NCBI GenBank assembly: GCA_964016885.1 | Contig: OZ024743.1 | Location: 122,512,001-122,576,000, forward strand | Direction of reading: 5' to 3' | DNA from: Eledone cirrhosa | Taxonomy: Eukaryota | Length of the DNA: 64,000 nucleotides | Shown here: positions 25,336 to 43,590 of the stretch, piece by piece | Layout: each line of letters starts with the position of its first letter | How positions within the stretch are numbered: the first letter of the stretch is position 1 | Translations under genes and position numbers: made by a program | The notes under the pieces: model-generated | What the model was told of the DNA's origin: nothing | Database searches by the model: none | Seen by the model: only the letters and a program-made list of their open reading frames with translations

Positions 25336-25393
<58 letters not shown>

Positions 25394-25491
25394 TATACAT
25401 ATATATATATACATATATATATATTCATATATATATATATATATATATACATATATATACATATATATATATACATATATATATATGTATG

Positions 25492-25612
<121 letters not shown>

Positions 25613-25689
25613 CATATTTAATTTGTTGGGATTCAACAAGCTTAAGGTTGCCTTTTTTCCGGGTATGTCAAATTTATAAAACAAATCTG

Positions 25690-25755
25690 TATTTTATCTG
25701 ATGAAAGCGCACCATAATTTGCCTTGGTTACCCTTGAAATATGTATAATAAAATA
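25690..25755 (+). ncRNA. Canonical type I hammerhead ribozyme in 5' pLTR
   Basis: tattttat CTGATGA aag..ctt GAAA ta tg ta TA ataaaata. Confidence 0.85.
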
Positions 25756-27499
25756 AATATGGTTTTATAAATATAGTCCATTTATTAATATATTGTGTAT
25801 TTACTCCACTAACTTGTTGAGTGCTTTATATCAGTTATAAAAATGTTTAAGCTTGTTGAATCCCAACAAATTAAATATAACCTCTACATATTTAGCTCCT
25901 TTATTGTTGAGCGCTTTAAATTATAACTGATTAAAAATGGAATTCTTTAGGATCTCTTCTTCTCTAAAAGACATACCTTTACCTAAGAATAAGGACTTTC
26001 TAAAACAACTTATCGAAAAATCGGACTCATTTATAAGAATCCTCAGATGGCGTGCTTTTCATTTCGATAATAAATCTGATGCGAAAGAAAATATTTCCAA
26101 TCTTGATAGAATCTTCAAATCCCAAAAGAATCCACCTTCCAACAAACTATTAATGGAATTTGAAAATGAGATTATCTCTATCATACAAAGCATTAAATTT
26201 AAGAAAAAAACACTTTGTAGGCCAGGATTACCTCAAAAGTCTCAAAAATAATATAGAAAACTTTGAAAAAATGGAAAAAGTTCTTGTTAAATCAGATAAA
26301 CCAACAATCTTTACGGAATGCAAAATGATGATTACAATAATCTTATATTGAAGGAATTAAGGAACAATTACAAAAGAGCAACCAATGATGACCTTGAAAG
26401 ACTAAATACTGAATATTCTTATATAATGCAGCAATTAGGCATCGAAAATAGGACTCAACCTTTCATACCTAGGAAACCCAAAATTTATTTGAAGGACCAT
26501 AAAAGAAATTTTGAAATTGAATTACCAGTTAGATTGATTGCACCATCTAAATCGGACCTTGGCATATTTAGCAAGAATATTTTAGATAGAATCATACCAC
26601 AACTTAAGGAAATATCTTATTTAAAATTATGGAATGGGACTAATGAAGTTATTGACTGGTTTAAGGACATTAAATATAAGCATAACAATAAATTCATTCA
26701 ATTGGATATTGCTAATTATTACTCATCTATCACTCCTAATCTACTTAATAAAGTCCTTACATATGCATTTAAATATACAGATTTAACTAGCACATTATCT
26801 TAACTGCACGTAAAACATTAATTAAATTTAGCAACCACCTTTGGACTAGAGCAGATAGGGATAACAATTTCGATATCACTATGGGGTCATCGGACTCGGC
26901 GCAATTAACGGATCTTGTGGAGCTTTTTATTAACAATATTTTACATAGGAAAATACCGAAGATGACCGGTGGTTTATATCGTGACGATATGCTATTGCTT
27001 ATTGAAAATAATAATAATTATGAAATAAATAGGAAAAGAAAAGAAATTATACAATTTTTTAATAGCGTTAATCTTAAAGTAGAAGTAGAGAATAATTATA
27101 AAATAGTTAATTTTTTAGATGTAACTTTAAACCTTAATACTGGTCTTTATTATTTCTTCTTTCACTTAGATATATTTACGCTGTGTATATTTCTCCATTG
27201 AAACTTATTTCTTCATTCACTCTATCTTCACTATCAATATGTATAATCGTTCTTTCTTTCCTCTTCTCTCTTTCTCCTTTCTTTTTTTCTTTTTTCTCTC
27301 TCCCTTACATATCATCCTCTTCCAACAGTTTAATTTAAATAAACCGTTATCTGTTCAACCTTTCGGACACTCATTTGCATACTCACTCATAACTTTGTAT
27401 TACCCTCAATAAAGTATTATCTCCACTATCCAGGAAGCTCCAACCGTTAAGGTTGCCTTTTTTCCGGGTATGTCAATATTTATTTATAAAACAAATCTG

Positions 27500-27565
27500 T
27501 ATTTTATCTGATGAAAGCGCACCATAATTTGCCTTGGTTGCCCTTGAAATATGTATAATAAAATA
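27500..27565 (+). ncRNA. Canonical type I hammerhead ribozyme in 3' pLTR
   Basis: Second copy of 25690-25755. Confidence 0.85.
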
Positions 27566-27655
27566 AATATGGTTTTATAAATATAGTTTCCATTTATTAA
27601 TATATTGTATATATATATATATATGTATATACATATATGTATATATATATATGTG

Positions 27656-27804
<149 letters not shown>

Positions 27805-28565
27805 GAAAAGAGAGGTAAGCATTAAGAGAAGGATTTTATCCAGGTATTTACGACCGTTTCATTGGTAAGTGCAACCTTATATTGCTATACTGCAAATAGC
27901 AGCCACTCAATTATAATTGTTGTTCACAGTCCAAATTTTCAAAATAGTAAGTTACTCTTGAAATAATTCTTAATATATAGAGAAAAAAATTTATTTGGAA
28001 TTGTATTTACTAGTATAGAGAGAGAGGAATCAGAAGGTGAGGCGACAGACGGTATAGTATAGAGAGAGAGGAAGGGGGAAGAGGTAGGAAGTAGAGTGAC
28101 AAACTGAGATGGAGGGAGGGGTAGTGGTGGAAGGATTCCTTGGTCAGTTTTGATAGCAGACTTCATGTCGTGGAATGTAGTGAGTTAAAGAGAATTAAAT
28201 TGATCATAGTGGGAGGGATGGATAGAGAGGGAGAGAGGGGGAGATATAAAGATATATATATATATATAATGAAAAATTGAACAGGGACAGAACAGAGAGG
28301 CAGTACGATAAATGTTTATATATATATATATAAAATAAAGATAAAGATAATAATGACAAAAATAAAAGCAAAGAAGGGGGTGAGAAAGAAGAAAAGAAAA
28401 GATAGCCAAGAAGGGGAGGGAAGGAAGGAAGAAAACGAAGAAATAGAAAAGGAATGAGGGAGAAGAGGGGGATATATGTATTGGTTTTGTGGATAATTAA
28501 AAGGGTTTAGATACAAGAGGGTATAAAGTCTAAGTATATGCAGTTTGTCAGTTGGTAGTAAGAGG

Positions 28566-28949
28566 TTAAGGGTTCGATTTGTAGTGCGAAAACTTCTCTT
28601 TGAGTCTATGGTTACAATAAATTGATCTTTCGATTTTATTGTTGAGTAACTTATTCTTCGAACTTAAGATGTGGAACAGCTCAAGCTCGCATAATCGACA
28701 GCTTCTCATACCACTCCGATATGGGGGCGCGTTTGATAATTTTTTCCATTTCAGGGTGTATTGATGGTTACTTTCCCTCAGTTGCCAGGTCTTGTTTGCA
28801 AGGGTAGTTACATAACGGTGCTGGGAATGTTTCATTGCGTAACGGTGTGTATACCAACGGGCTTTAAATGTATTCCCAGTTGCTCCGATGTAATACCATT
28901 TCTGGTTGTCTGATTCCACTGTGCATTGGTAAACCAGGTTAGACTGCAT
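28566..28949 (-). pseudogene. GIY-YIG endonuclease domain of PLE (5'-truncated)
   Basis: NLVYQCTV...YYIGATGNTFKARWYTH...CRLCELE...LLN...CNH. Confidence 0.9.
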
Positions 28950-29476
28950 ACATTCATTATGTAATGGACAGGTTTCAGGTAGGTGGCAGTTACAGTTCTT
29001 GTCATGGGCAACTTTGTGGGCTGCGATGCCTGTACAAGTGTGTTACGTTTTGTTTGCCTATTAGCGGGTGGTTGTGTATTAGATATCGGAGTGGTATGAG
29101 AAGCTGTCGATTATGCGACCTTGAGCTGTTCCACATCTTAAGTTCGAAGAATAAGTTACTCAATAATAAAATTGAAAGATCAATTTATTGTAACCATAGA
29201 CTCAAAGAGAAGTTTTCGCACTACAAATCGAACCCTTAACCTCTTACTACCAACTGACAAACTGCATATACTTAGACTTTATACCCTCTTGTTGTATCTA
29301 AACCCTTTTAATTACCCACAAAACCAATACATATATCCCCCTCTTCTCCCTCATTCCTTTTCTATTTCTTCGTTTTCTTCCTTCCTTCCCTCCCCTTCTT
29401 GGCTATCTTTTCTTTTCTTCTTTCTCACCCCCTTCTTTGCTTTTATTTTTGTCATTATTATCTTTATCTTTATTTT

Positions 29477-29565
<89 letters not shown>

Positions 29566-29567
<2 letters not shown>

Positions 29568-29966
29568 CTTTCACTTCAATTTATTATAATAAATTTATAA
29601 ATTTTGGAATTTATAAATTTCCGGTTGGTTGGTTCCACAACCAGATGGTTGTTTATATATTGTCAAAGTTCTTTCATCACACATTCTGTGACCTCTTCAG
29701 TGACTGGGGGTTCTTTTCTTTGTTTTTTGTGCCTCTCCTTTGTTCTGTCCTACGCCATCTTGTTTTTGTGTGTGTCACACACAAAAACAAGATGGCGTAG
29801 GACATTTATAAATTCCAAAATTTATAAATTTATTATAATAAATTGAAGTGAAAGCATGTGGTGCGTGTGTTTCTTATTGACAACATGACCCTCCCAAGTA
29901 TAACAATATCGGTTTTAACACACGTTTTCAGATAAAGAATCTTGCTAAACAAATTCAGAAACGAAA
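29566..29966. mobile_element. Nested fold-back pLTR fragment of the 32710-34097 PLE family
   Basis: Homologous to 33820-34095 in both orientations; degenerate HHR at ~29662-29705 (-); inserted in an internal (TA)n. Confidence 0.8.
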
Positions 29967-30299
29967 TATATATATATATTTATCTCTTTATATCTCCCCC
30001 CTCTCTCTCTCTCCCTCTCTATCCATCCCTCCCACTATGATCAATTTAATTCTCTTTAACTCACTACATTCCACGACATGAAGTCTGCTATCAAAACTGA
30101 CCAAGGAATCCTTCCACCACTACCCCTCCCTCCATCTCAGTTTGTCACTCTACTTCCTACCTCTTCCCCCTTCCTCTCTCTCTCTATACTACTCCGTCTG
30201 TCCCCTCACCTCCTGATTCCTCTCTCTCTATACTAGTAAATACAATTCCAAATAAATTTTTTTCTCTATATATTAAGAATTATTTCAAGAGTAACTCAC

Positions 30300-30401
30300 T
30301 ATTTTGAAAATTTGGACTGTGAACAACAATTATAATTGAGTGGCTGCTATTTGCAGTATAGTAATATAAGGTTGCACTTACCAATGAAACGGTCGTAAAT
30401 A
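30300..30401 (+). ncRNA. Type I hammerhead, U3-A8 variant (minus copy 27845-27946)
   Basis: tatt TTGAAAA t ttgg...ccaa t GAAA cg gt cg TA aata. Confidence 0.7.
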
Positions 30402-30578
30402 CCTGGATAAAATCCTTCTCTTAATGCTTACCTGTGTTTTCTGTTTTATACTTTATACTCCAAGATTGAACGGATTTCTTACAAACTTGTGGAGTTACCC
30501 TAACCGTACGTTGAAACCACCCATGAAACTGGCTTTCTTAACCAAAAACTGGATCACAATAAGCAATTGTTTGCTTCT

Positions 30579-30668
<90 letters not shown>

Positions 30669-31094
30669 TTATATATATATATATATTTATATATAAAAAC
30701 ACATATGATATAATATATAAATGAAAACATATTTGCCATAAGGAATCACCACTTCTACTTCGAAATTTCTTTTCTTATCTCATTCGTAGAAAAAATTTAT
30801 ACGAATAAAATAGAAATGATGATTTTTCTCCATTTCCTAACTACAGTAAAATGCTGATCCATTTTGGAATACGAATATCTGCTGAATTGTGAAAATATAA
30901 AGAGAAGGGAAGCAAAACAGTTTATATAATCATTAAGTAAGGTTTATCTTAACAATAAAACATCGACTTCTTACGAAATATGTTTTATTTTTTCTTCGTT
31001 ATGAATTTTCGAGAAAAAGTTATGATGTAAAATATTCTCAGAGAATTTTTGTTCAGAATGGTATGGATTATTTTATAATAATTTTATTATATAA

Positions 31095-31248
<154 letters not shown>

Positions 31249-31428
31249 ATGATATATATATATAACTGGCTTCTACAGGACTAGAACTGTTCCATTTGGG
31301 AAAAATCATCATCCCGAATGAAACAGTTCTAGTCTTGTAGAAGCCATTTCTATATTAAATATTTATACTGTGCTATGTATTGAGTACCTTACTTACTGTG
31401 ATTACCCCAATTGAACCTGGGATAAACT

Positions 31429-31671
<243 letters not shown>

Positions 31672-32469
31672 CTATATATATATATATATATAATTCTATA
31701 TAAAATCGGATATAGTTCTTCCAAATCTTCTCGAATAATTCTGTTGGCAAACGGTCATTGATCACACTAGCGAATACAGTCGATCAAATCGATTCCAAGA
31801 CAACAGAGAGATGGAAAGCAAAGTCGACACTAGCGGTCTTTTCCCGACACTCAACCGATTCTGATAACCCAAACTCACTTATTAGATCATCAAATAGTAG
31901 CAACATATTAAAGGGCTGATGACGTAAATAGTATCCCACACTTGGTTTGAAAAATCTGAGTTTGATCGAATATGTAATCCTCATTTCTAAAAACGTCTTT
32001 GAATATACTTTGTTTTACGAGCTTTTGCGCATTGACATTGAAGCCAGTTGACATTATATATCCTTAATGGAGATGGCATGAACGATTCCATTACCCTCTT
32101 TCTCTCAATTATTGTTTTAGTAATATAAGATTTTGCCCTAAAGACTTGGGCTTTCGCCGAGATAAACTTTGCCTTTCATCCTTCTGGTGACAATAAAATA
32201 AAGTACCTGTAAACTACTGGGGTTGTCTTAATCGACGTTCCCTTTCCGACAAATTGGTGGACTTGTGCCTAAATGAGAAATGGTTACCAACATTAACACA
32301 TTAACACCAATATACCGAAATACTTGGTCGATTGTAACCCTCTAAAATATTAGGAGATATGAATCAGTTCTTGTTTGGGAAATAAACTGTAGATTTATCC
32401 GTTCTGTTAGCGTGAAATACTTAATGAAAATACGCTTATTACAGACATACATATATACATACATACATA

Positions 32470-32611
<142 letters not shown>

Positions 32612-32616
32612 GTATG

Positions 32617-32706
<90 letters not shown>

Positions 32707-32709
32707 TAT

Positions 32710-34097
32710 ATATTTCGTTTCTGAATTTGTTTAGCAAGATTCTTTATCTGAAATCGTGTGTTGAAACCGATACTGTTATACTTTGGGAGGGTCATGTTGC
32801 CAATAAGAAACACACGCACCATACCAAAATCAACATACTGATTGCGGATTTGGTACGGGTGATGAGAAATGTGTCCCGCATGTGCAACCCCGAAGAACTA
32901 GAGAGACACATACAAAACTTCATCCACCGTATGCAGTTCTCTGGCTACAATCAGAGAGATAGAATCAGAGTGTATAAAGGAGCCAGAACCAAATGGGAAA
33001 AAATGGTAAATAATGACATAAATGGGACCTGCCCCTTGTATAGGAGCAAATTTTAGAATAGAATAGAAAGAACTAGGAACAAGGCCAATAGAATAAACTC
33101 ATGGTATGATAGCAATAAATACCAGAGTGTAATGTTCATCAATACAACCCCTAGAGGCGAACTAGCCTACAAATTTAGAAGGGCCCTAAATAAACATAAA
33201 CTCAATATTAAGATAGTAGAAAGACCAGGTACCTCCGTAAAAACACTTATTAGCAAGACATACCCGTTCCAAAGACCCTCATGTATAGATAAGAAATGTA
33301 TAACCTGTAAAATAAGCCCCCATATTAACTGTAAAACTAGAAATGTAGTGTATAGCATAAGATGTACTGAAGGACAATGTAGAAACAAAAATATAGTGTA
33401 CATAGGTGAGACAGCTCGTAGTATAGGGGAACGAATAAATGAACACTGGCGAGACCTTCAAGATAATAAAGAATCATCTGTGCTCTACCAACATGTTAAG
33501 ATAGAACACAGGGGTAGATTAGAGAACATAGAAATAAAAATAGAATCCACACACAGAAAAGATGCAATGTTTAGGCAAATTACAGAGGCAGTAAGCATAA
33601 AAGAATTACAACCAAAATTAAATAGAAAATATGAGTGGAACAGCAACATCACAACTTACAATTAAGGACAAAATGAAAACACACACAGGACAAAATGAAA
33701 ACACACACACACATAGAACAAACAACCAACCAACAATAAATAAATAAATAAATAAACAAATAGATAAATGAACACAAACACACACAGACACCCGGATGTG
33801 GCGCATGCGCAAACTGAGCACACAACACACACACAGAAACAAAATGGCGTAGGATAGAAGAAAGGAAAGGCACAGAAACAAAGAAAGGAATCCCCAGTCA
33901 CTGAAGAGGTCACAGAGTGTGTGACGAAAGGACTATGACTATATATAAACAACTATCTGGTTGTGGAACCAACCAACCAGAAATTTATAAGTTTGTAGAT
34001 TTGTAAATTTATAAATTTATAAATATATAGTAAATTGAAGTGAAAGCAACTGGTGCGTGTGTTTCTTATTGGCAACATGACCCTCCCAAAGTATAAT
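32710..34097 (+). mobile_element. 5'-truncated Penelope-like element with GIY-YIG and inverted 5' terminal fragment (32710-32820)
   Basis: MQFSGY, C..C, NVVYSIRC...VYIGETARSIGERINEH...RQITEA...LN (32820-33665, one TAG at 33054). Confidence 0.92.
33896..33940 (+). ncRNA. Minimal type I hammerhead ribozyme
   Basis: agtca CTGAAGA g gtcaca gagtg tgtgac GAAA g ga c TA tgact. Confidence 0.85.
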
Positions 34098-34162
34098 AAT
34101 AAATATATATATATATATACATATACATATATGTATGTATTGGTCGAGAAGTTACACACACA

Positions 34163-34196
<34 letters not shown>

Positions 34197-34361
34197 TGTA
34201 TATATATATATACATACACGCACACATATATATATGTACGTACGGATTCACCGAACATTTATTATAATGCTCAGTTCTTGTTTGGGAAATAAACTGTAGA
34301 TTTATCCGTTCTGTTAGCGTGAAACACTTAATGAAAATACGCTTATTACATACATACATAT

Positions 34362-34478
<117 letters not shown>

Positions 34479-34479
34479 T

Positions 34480-35478
34480 ATATATATATACATATACATA
34501 TATGTATGTATTGGTCGAGAAGTTACACACACATACTATATATATATATAGTATGTATATATATATACATACACGCACACATATATATATGTACGTATGG
34601 ATTCACCGAACATTTATTATAATGCTCGGTGTGTTTGCAAACAAACATCCCGTATTAAACCGTAGTGTCCAGCAACCATCGTTGCTCGTTTGTTCAACAC
34701 TGACAAAGGAACGCTGTACTAGTTTCAAGCTTATTAGCTATCGTCAGCAACGTTTACTTTCCTGCCAGATTGTTGAACGTATATACTTACCTTATGAATA
34801 TTAACGGCTGAGTAGCCCAATTTGCATATCGAGTGGGTTAATCGGTCGGGTGCACCGAAAACGATAAACGGAAAAATTGAAACGAAATTTCATTTCCCAC
34901 TCTTAGTACGGCTGTTACTTAAATATAAGTATGTACACGTACATACATATATGTATACATACGTACAGTAGTATGTATATATATATACATACACGCACAC
35001 ATATATATATATGTACGTATGGATTCACCGAACATTTATTATAATGCTCGGTGTGTTTGCAAACAAACATCCCGTATTAAGCCGTAGTGTCCAGCAACCC
35101 TCGTTGCTCGTTTGTTCAACATTGACAAAGGAACGCTGTACTAGTTTCAAGGTTATTAGCTATCGTCAGCAACATATACCTTCCTGCCAGATTGAAAGCT
35201 TGAAACTAGTACAGCGTTTTTTTGTCAGTCTTGAACAAACGAGCAACGATGGTTGCTGGACACTACGGCTTAATACGGGATGTTTGTTTGCAAACACACC
35301 GAGCATTATAATAAATGTTCGGTGAATCCATACGTACATATATATATGTGTGCGTGTATGCATATATATATACATACTACTGTACGTCTGTATACATATA
35401 TGTATGTACGTGTACATACTTATATTTAAGTAACAGCCGTACTAAGAGTGGGAAATGAACTTTCGTTTCATTTCTTCC

Positions 35479-35482
<4 letters not shown>
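34480..35482 (-). mobile_element. Retrozyme-like tandem repeat (~422 bp period) plus inverted arm 35197-35482
   Basis: 34550-34780 repeats at ~34970-35195; HHR in each unit; no coding motifs recognised. Confidence 0.85.
34711..34753 (-). ncRNA. Canonical minimal type I hammerhead (second copy 35133-35175)
   Basis: acgttg CTGACGA t agct aata agct t GAAA ctag TA cagcgt. Confidence 0.88.
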
Positions 35483-35526
<44 letters not shown>

Positions 35527-35528
<2 letters not shown>

Positions 35529-36363
35529 CGAGGTTTGTCCCAAAAGTAAGAGTACTGATTTTCCTATGTACGACATCGCAAAGCACCATGTTTATGCATA
35601 TTAGCTGCACGTACACTTTTGTTTCAATATGATAGATTGCGTCAATCGTGAGTTATTGTTGTTTTTGTAGAGGCGTGTTTATAAACTCTACTACGTTTGC
35701 GATGCAGAAAAATACCGAACGATGACACGCGTTCAAACTTTCTATAAAACTCGACAAATCTGCCACCGAAAAATGTAATTCTTTAACACAAGCTAATAGA
35801 GATGCCACATTATCAAGAGGTAAGGTTTTTAAGTGGTACAAAGCTCTCAAAGAGGGCCAAGAGAATGTTGATGGAATGCAGTATCTCGTCAACAAATGAA
35901 CAATGATAGGATGATTGCAGGAGGAGTGGGCTTGGAATAAAATGCAGTTCACAGAATTGTAACAGACCATTTGCACATGCGAAACATTTTTGCAAAATTA
36001 GTGCCTAACACAGCAATTTCAATAAGAGAATTTCTGACGAAGAAAAACATTCCCACACTTCCACATCCTCGCTACAGACCATATCTAGCTCTGTGTGATT
36101 TCTACCTCTTCTCTAAGTTGAAATCGGAGTTGAAGAGTCATCATTTTGGGACTGTGGATAACGTACAAAAAATTGTAACCGATGAACTAAGGATACTCAC
36201 AGAAAATGAATCCCAGTACTGCTACGATCAATGGAAAAATATTGGAACCACTGTGTGACTTCTGAAGGATCGTATTGTGAAGGGAATAACTTGCTATTTC
36301 ATGTACATCTAATATACGTTTAAATAAAACATCAGTACCCTTACTTTGGGGTCAAACCTCGTG
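35527..36363 (+). mobile_element. Internally deleted mariner-like DNA transposon
   Basis: TIRs (t/c)acgaggtttg.cccaaa.gtaag.gtactgat, flanking TA; PHPRYRPYLALCDFYLF matches the HPPYSPDLAPxD motif; N-terminal HTH-like remnant. Confidence 0.9.
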
Positions 36364-36399
36364 TATATTATATATATATACATATATATATATATAAAG

Positions 36400-39330
<2,931 letters not shown>

Positions 39331-39404
39331 ACCCCGGAAAAATTTCCTTGAGCTCATTATATTACAAGGACTAACGCGAGTCCTTTACTCCGTTGCTTCA
39401 TTTG

Positions 39405-39443
<39 letters not shown>

Positions 39444-39471
39444 TAGAGGTTGTTACACAACAGTTAGTTCA

Positions 39472-39521
39472 CCATACCGAGAACAATTGTTTCACCTTAG
39501 CGGATCCTCAGCTCGTAATGG
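39472..39521 (-). ncRNA. Canonical type I hammerhead upstream of the PLE
   Basis: ccattacgag CTGAGGA t cc gctaa gg t GAAA caattg TT ctcggtatgg. Confidence 0.85.
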
Positions 39522-39689
39522 TCATGGTTATACGGAACAGGAAGGGTCCTTCCTGTTCCGTATAACCATGACCATTACGGCCTGCCCGCCCAGCGAGTGG
39601 GATGGCGTTATCTTATGGCTAAAACAACACGACGTGTTGTGACCAGCGGCGCCGATTGGCGCCCGACAGACTGGTTGGTCAAGGTGATA

Positions 39690-40488
39690 TATAGGAAAGA
39701 ATACACGAAAAGAAGATGTTTTAATATATATTTCCTAAAACGATGTAATCCCCAACACCTTCAAAAACATCAGGATGCCTGCGTTCACCAAACTTCGAAA
39801 ACACCACCAATCGCATACACTGGATATGTATCAAGGAGATTCTGCGACACCATCACCGTCAGTTGCCCCTTCACATACGGACACGCTCCGAGCGGAAGCA
39901 ACGCTTAACACTGACCAGGTCATTAAAACCACAAAAGCGAACGACCAGTGTTACCATTCCCGGGTCCAGTATGAAAAGAAACGACTCAAGTGGAAATTGG
40001 AATGGATCCTTAACAAACACGACAACAACAAAAACACAAACGCTAACGGGCAGATGGATCGGAGCCACGTCATGGACCACCACCGCGTTTTCCAACACCG
40101 ATCCACAGACCAAAGACACGGAACACCTCGTCACCGACCTAACCGGTATCCTCTCAAATGACGAGCTGGAACTTCTACGACTGGGACACAAGTTCATCAT
40201 CTCACAGCGGTTCGACGACAGACTAAGATTCGACACCGAGGCCAACTTCTGCTGAGCCGCTTACCAACTCAAAGGGATAACCGGCATCAACAACACCAGC
40301 GAAAATGACAACACCTACACAACCCGCTCCAAATTACCAACCTACAACCTCGACAACACGCTATCCATCCACCAACCAACCAAGAACTCGACAAGGAACT
40401 TATCCGGTTGAAATACTATATCTCTGACATCTTGCATAAACAAACACACAATATGCAACCTCACTAGATCACAACTCACCACTCTCAA
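39690..40488 (+). repeat. Inverted copy of PLE 5' region (~38520-39322)
   Basis: ORFs 39863-40255 (+) and 38748-39149 (-) are near-identical. Confidence 0.92.
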
Positions 40489-41879
40489 GTGTGTATGTGA
40501 GAGAGATAGAAAGGAGATTGCATGTTATTGTTCGTATGCACAAGCAGACCGATGTCATAAAGAAAACATATTATAACTTCAATCATTCCATATGTATATA
40601 TTCTACGTATTCTAATTTTGGTGATAGTACACACGTGATTTATTCATAGTTATAATATTTTATAGATATGATATCGTATTGTTTAAAAATAAAAGCCGTC
40701 CTTTCACAGTTGTATTAAGTGGAGAAGTATTAAATGAAGAATATTATTATTAATATATGTACTTATCTTTTTGAGAAATAGGAAATAATTATATATATTA
40801 AAAGAGGAAATCATGAATATTCCGTCACGAACTATGTAGTTTCGAGTTAATAATAAATTGTTCCAACTCGTCAGGCATACCTTAAATTGAACTGCCAAAT
40901 TATAAATGAACAACTGTGCTGGACAAATGTGACAGAAATTTTCTGTGTGCTCCGCCAACTGTGAAAAAAATATTACAGCTTTTTGATGCTATAATATATG
41001 ATCACATGGCCAGTTTGGGCGTCGACGATACAGGTTGTGAGACAAAGACGGCGTCAGAGTGAATTAACGGACACGAATTACCGATTATACTGACATATGT
41101 TGACAACCATATTTCCTGCATGACAGTTAAATAACTATACCTTACCGAAATACGCCGCTTAATTTATTCAGTGGAAACATATTTTTCCTCACAACTACCA
41201 TTAGTCATGATCAAGGTCATGTGAAAAATGTCAGAAAAGATTCGTTGATGATAACGCTAGCAATTACCACGAGATTTTGAGATACAAGTCTAGCATTCAG
41301 AAAACATTACTTTTTGTTTTTGTTATTGCTGTTGAAACCTGATGGTAAAAGCGCAATCGTTTCTCAATTAACAATTATGTTTTATTAAGCAAAATGTTTC
41401 TGACTACTTGTCACTCACCTCCATTACTCCAATCATTTTATTTCGAATGTTTAAAACTTATTTGAGATAACACTAATCATTCTAGAAACCAATACAATCC
41501 AGCCTGTTGGCGATAGTAATTTGTATAATGTATTTTAGCTAGTGTATAAATGCCGGATTTTGAATCACCAGCAGGAGGGTCTGAAGTTCATATTCTGCAA
41601 TTGACACTGCAATGTGTTCCAGGCAAAGGTCACTTACCTCTAATATCTGCAAGCAATAGGTCCTAACAATAAGTATTAAACACCGCTATTATAAAGCGTT
41701 GGCATATATCATTGTGCTTAAATTCTCCCATGGAGACAAAGGTAATTGGCTTTAGATATATTACAATAAGACCAAAGTGTAGCAACTTTATGGATTTGGG
41801 AATTTCCTACATTAACTTGAAATAAAACGTATGAAACCCCTCATAATTTTGATTTAGATTTAACTTTTAAGTGATTTCT

Positions 41880-43590
41880 ATCATCTGCCATAGGCTTTCG
41901 TCGCCCTCTATGCGTCACGGCCACGCCTGTCTGACAGTACTTCTGCACCTGTAGAAATTATCTTGAAACAGTAATGTCACTTGGTAGCAGTGCCAAACTT
42001 CACTCAGCTGTTGTTTAATCAAAGAGACAGGCTTCGGGTAACGATATTTGCTCAACATCTACCAAACATTTCAGATAAGAAGCCAGTTACTCTGACCACC
42101 GAGCAGATGTTGCTGTGCATTGCTGCAATCGTACCTCTGAAAGCAGGATCTAAACTGTTCTAAAGACAGCCTCCTAAGTAATGATAATCGACTCTACTAG
42201 TACTAAAGATCGAAACATTCTCAGGAAATCTTCAAGATGCTGAAGGAACTCCGGCTGCCCTGCCCTGATCGGGGTATAAATAGTCACTAGTCTGATGGCA
42301 CTGCATTCAGTTCCGTCCACCAAACTTTTCGTCCAAGTCCTGGAGAAATGTCTGCAATCGAGATTCAAGCCTTTCCGAAAGGACACTATCACCGCGCCAT
42401 CCGATCCTACCCAATCACAAGTAGAGTACCATTTATAATTTTTTAAAATGAACGCATGTGCTCGCATTCCTGAAAATCTGGTCTCACATATACCTACCAC
42501 ATCTGTTTCTAGTCACGTGAGGTCGTTTAGCAAATGATTTATCTTCTAATCCGACCTTAGGGAACGTACATTTATGCTTCCCATTCTCATTGTTAACATG
42601 TCTTTCGAAGAAAAGAAAGAAAGGACAAGTTACTCATCTTAGTCCTCGAAAAGGCGGTTTTTTCGTAGCTGAGGGGTGTTTCTGGACTGTTTTCCTAGAG
42701 CATTTTCTTTGAAACAGTTAACTATCCTTTGGATATTCGAATTTAAAGCATTGTATAATTCATTATTGTTTATAATCTACTTATTCAGCAAACTGCTGCT
42801 CCGTCAAACAATAGTGAAGTTGAAGAAAAAGAGTAGTGCTTGAGTACACGCCTGTTGGATTTGTTGTTGCTGTTGGATCTGTTTTTGTTTTCGTTATATT
42901 TTTCATTTTTGCTGTAGTTGTATTTTTGAATTTTATCTATGTTTTTGTGGGGTGCTTTTGTGGGTATGTGGTTAGGTTAGGTAATCTTTTCCGGCTTTCA
43001 TCTTGGGGTGCATATTTTCTTGTACCTTCCCGTCCACCGTGCACAGATCACGTGGTGATTTTCCCGCCTTGACATTGTCACATGACATCTTGTATTCAAA
43101 GATCGCAGGCAGAGTCGCGAGGGGCTATGTCTACGCCTGTGTGTACGCTTATATGTGTATGAAGCTGAGAAGGGAAAACCTGGGACTTATTTTACAGTTG
43201 TTTTTCTTGTGCCGTTAAAACTAGAAGCCTTCCGGTTGATCTCAATAAAGAGTTCCCGACTCCTGGTCCTTCCAAATATCGGATGGGTTTCTCTTGCAAA
43301 TCATATAGTAAATTGAGCATACCATTTTTGTGGGTTCTGACGACTGTATTTTGTATGTTCCTTAGGAACTTTCTGGCGGTGGTTTGCTGTTGTATTTTCT
43401 CTTCTTTTCTTTTTCAACCCCATATCCCACAAGTGGAGTGGCTATACTGTTAAAATAGTGTGTATTATCATGGATTGCATTTTGCACTGGATACAAAGTG
43501 TTTTTATCGGCCAGCGTGTGAGCTGCAACGAATGTTACGGCTGGCGATGTTATTAGAGCAATATTCTGCGACACTTGTTCGTTTTCATTC
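41880..43590 (-). pseudogene. Old LINE remnant: ORF1-like region and APE endonuclease start
   Basis: GSINVRSL, VVGICETR, IRLVTIYTP; clade uncertain (L1/Tx1-like possible). Confidence 0.6.
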
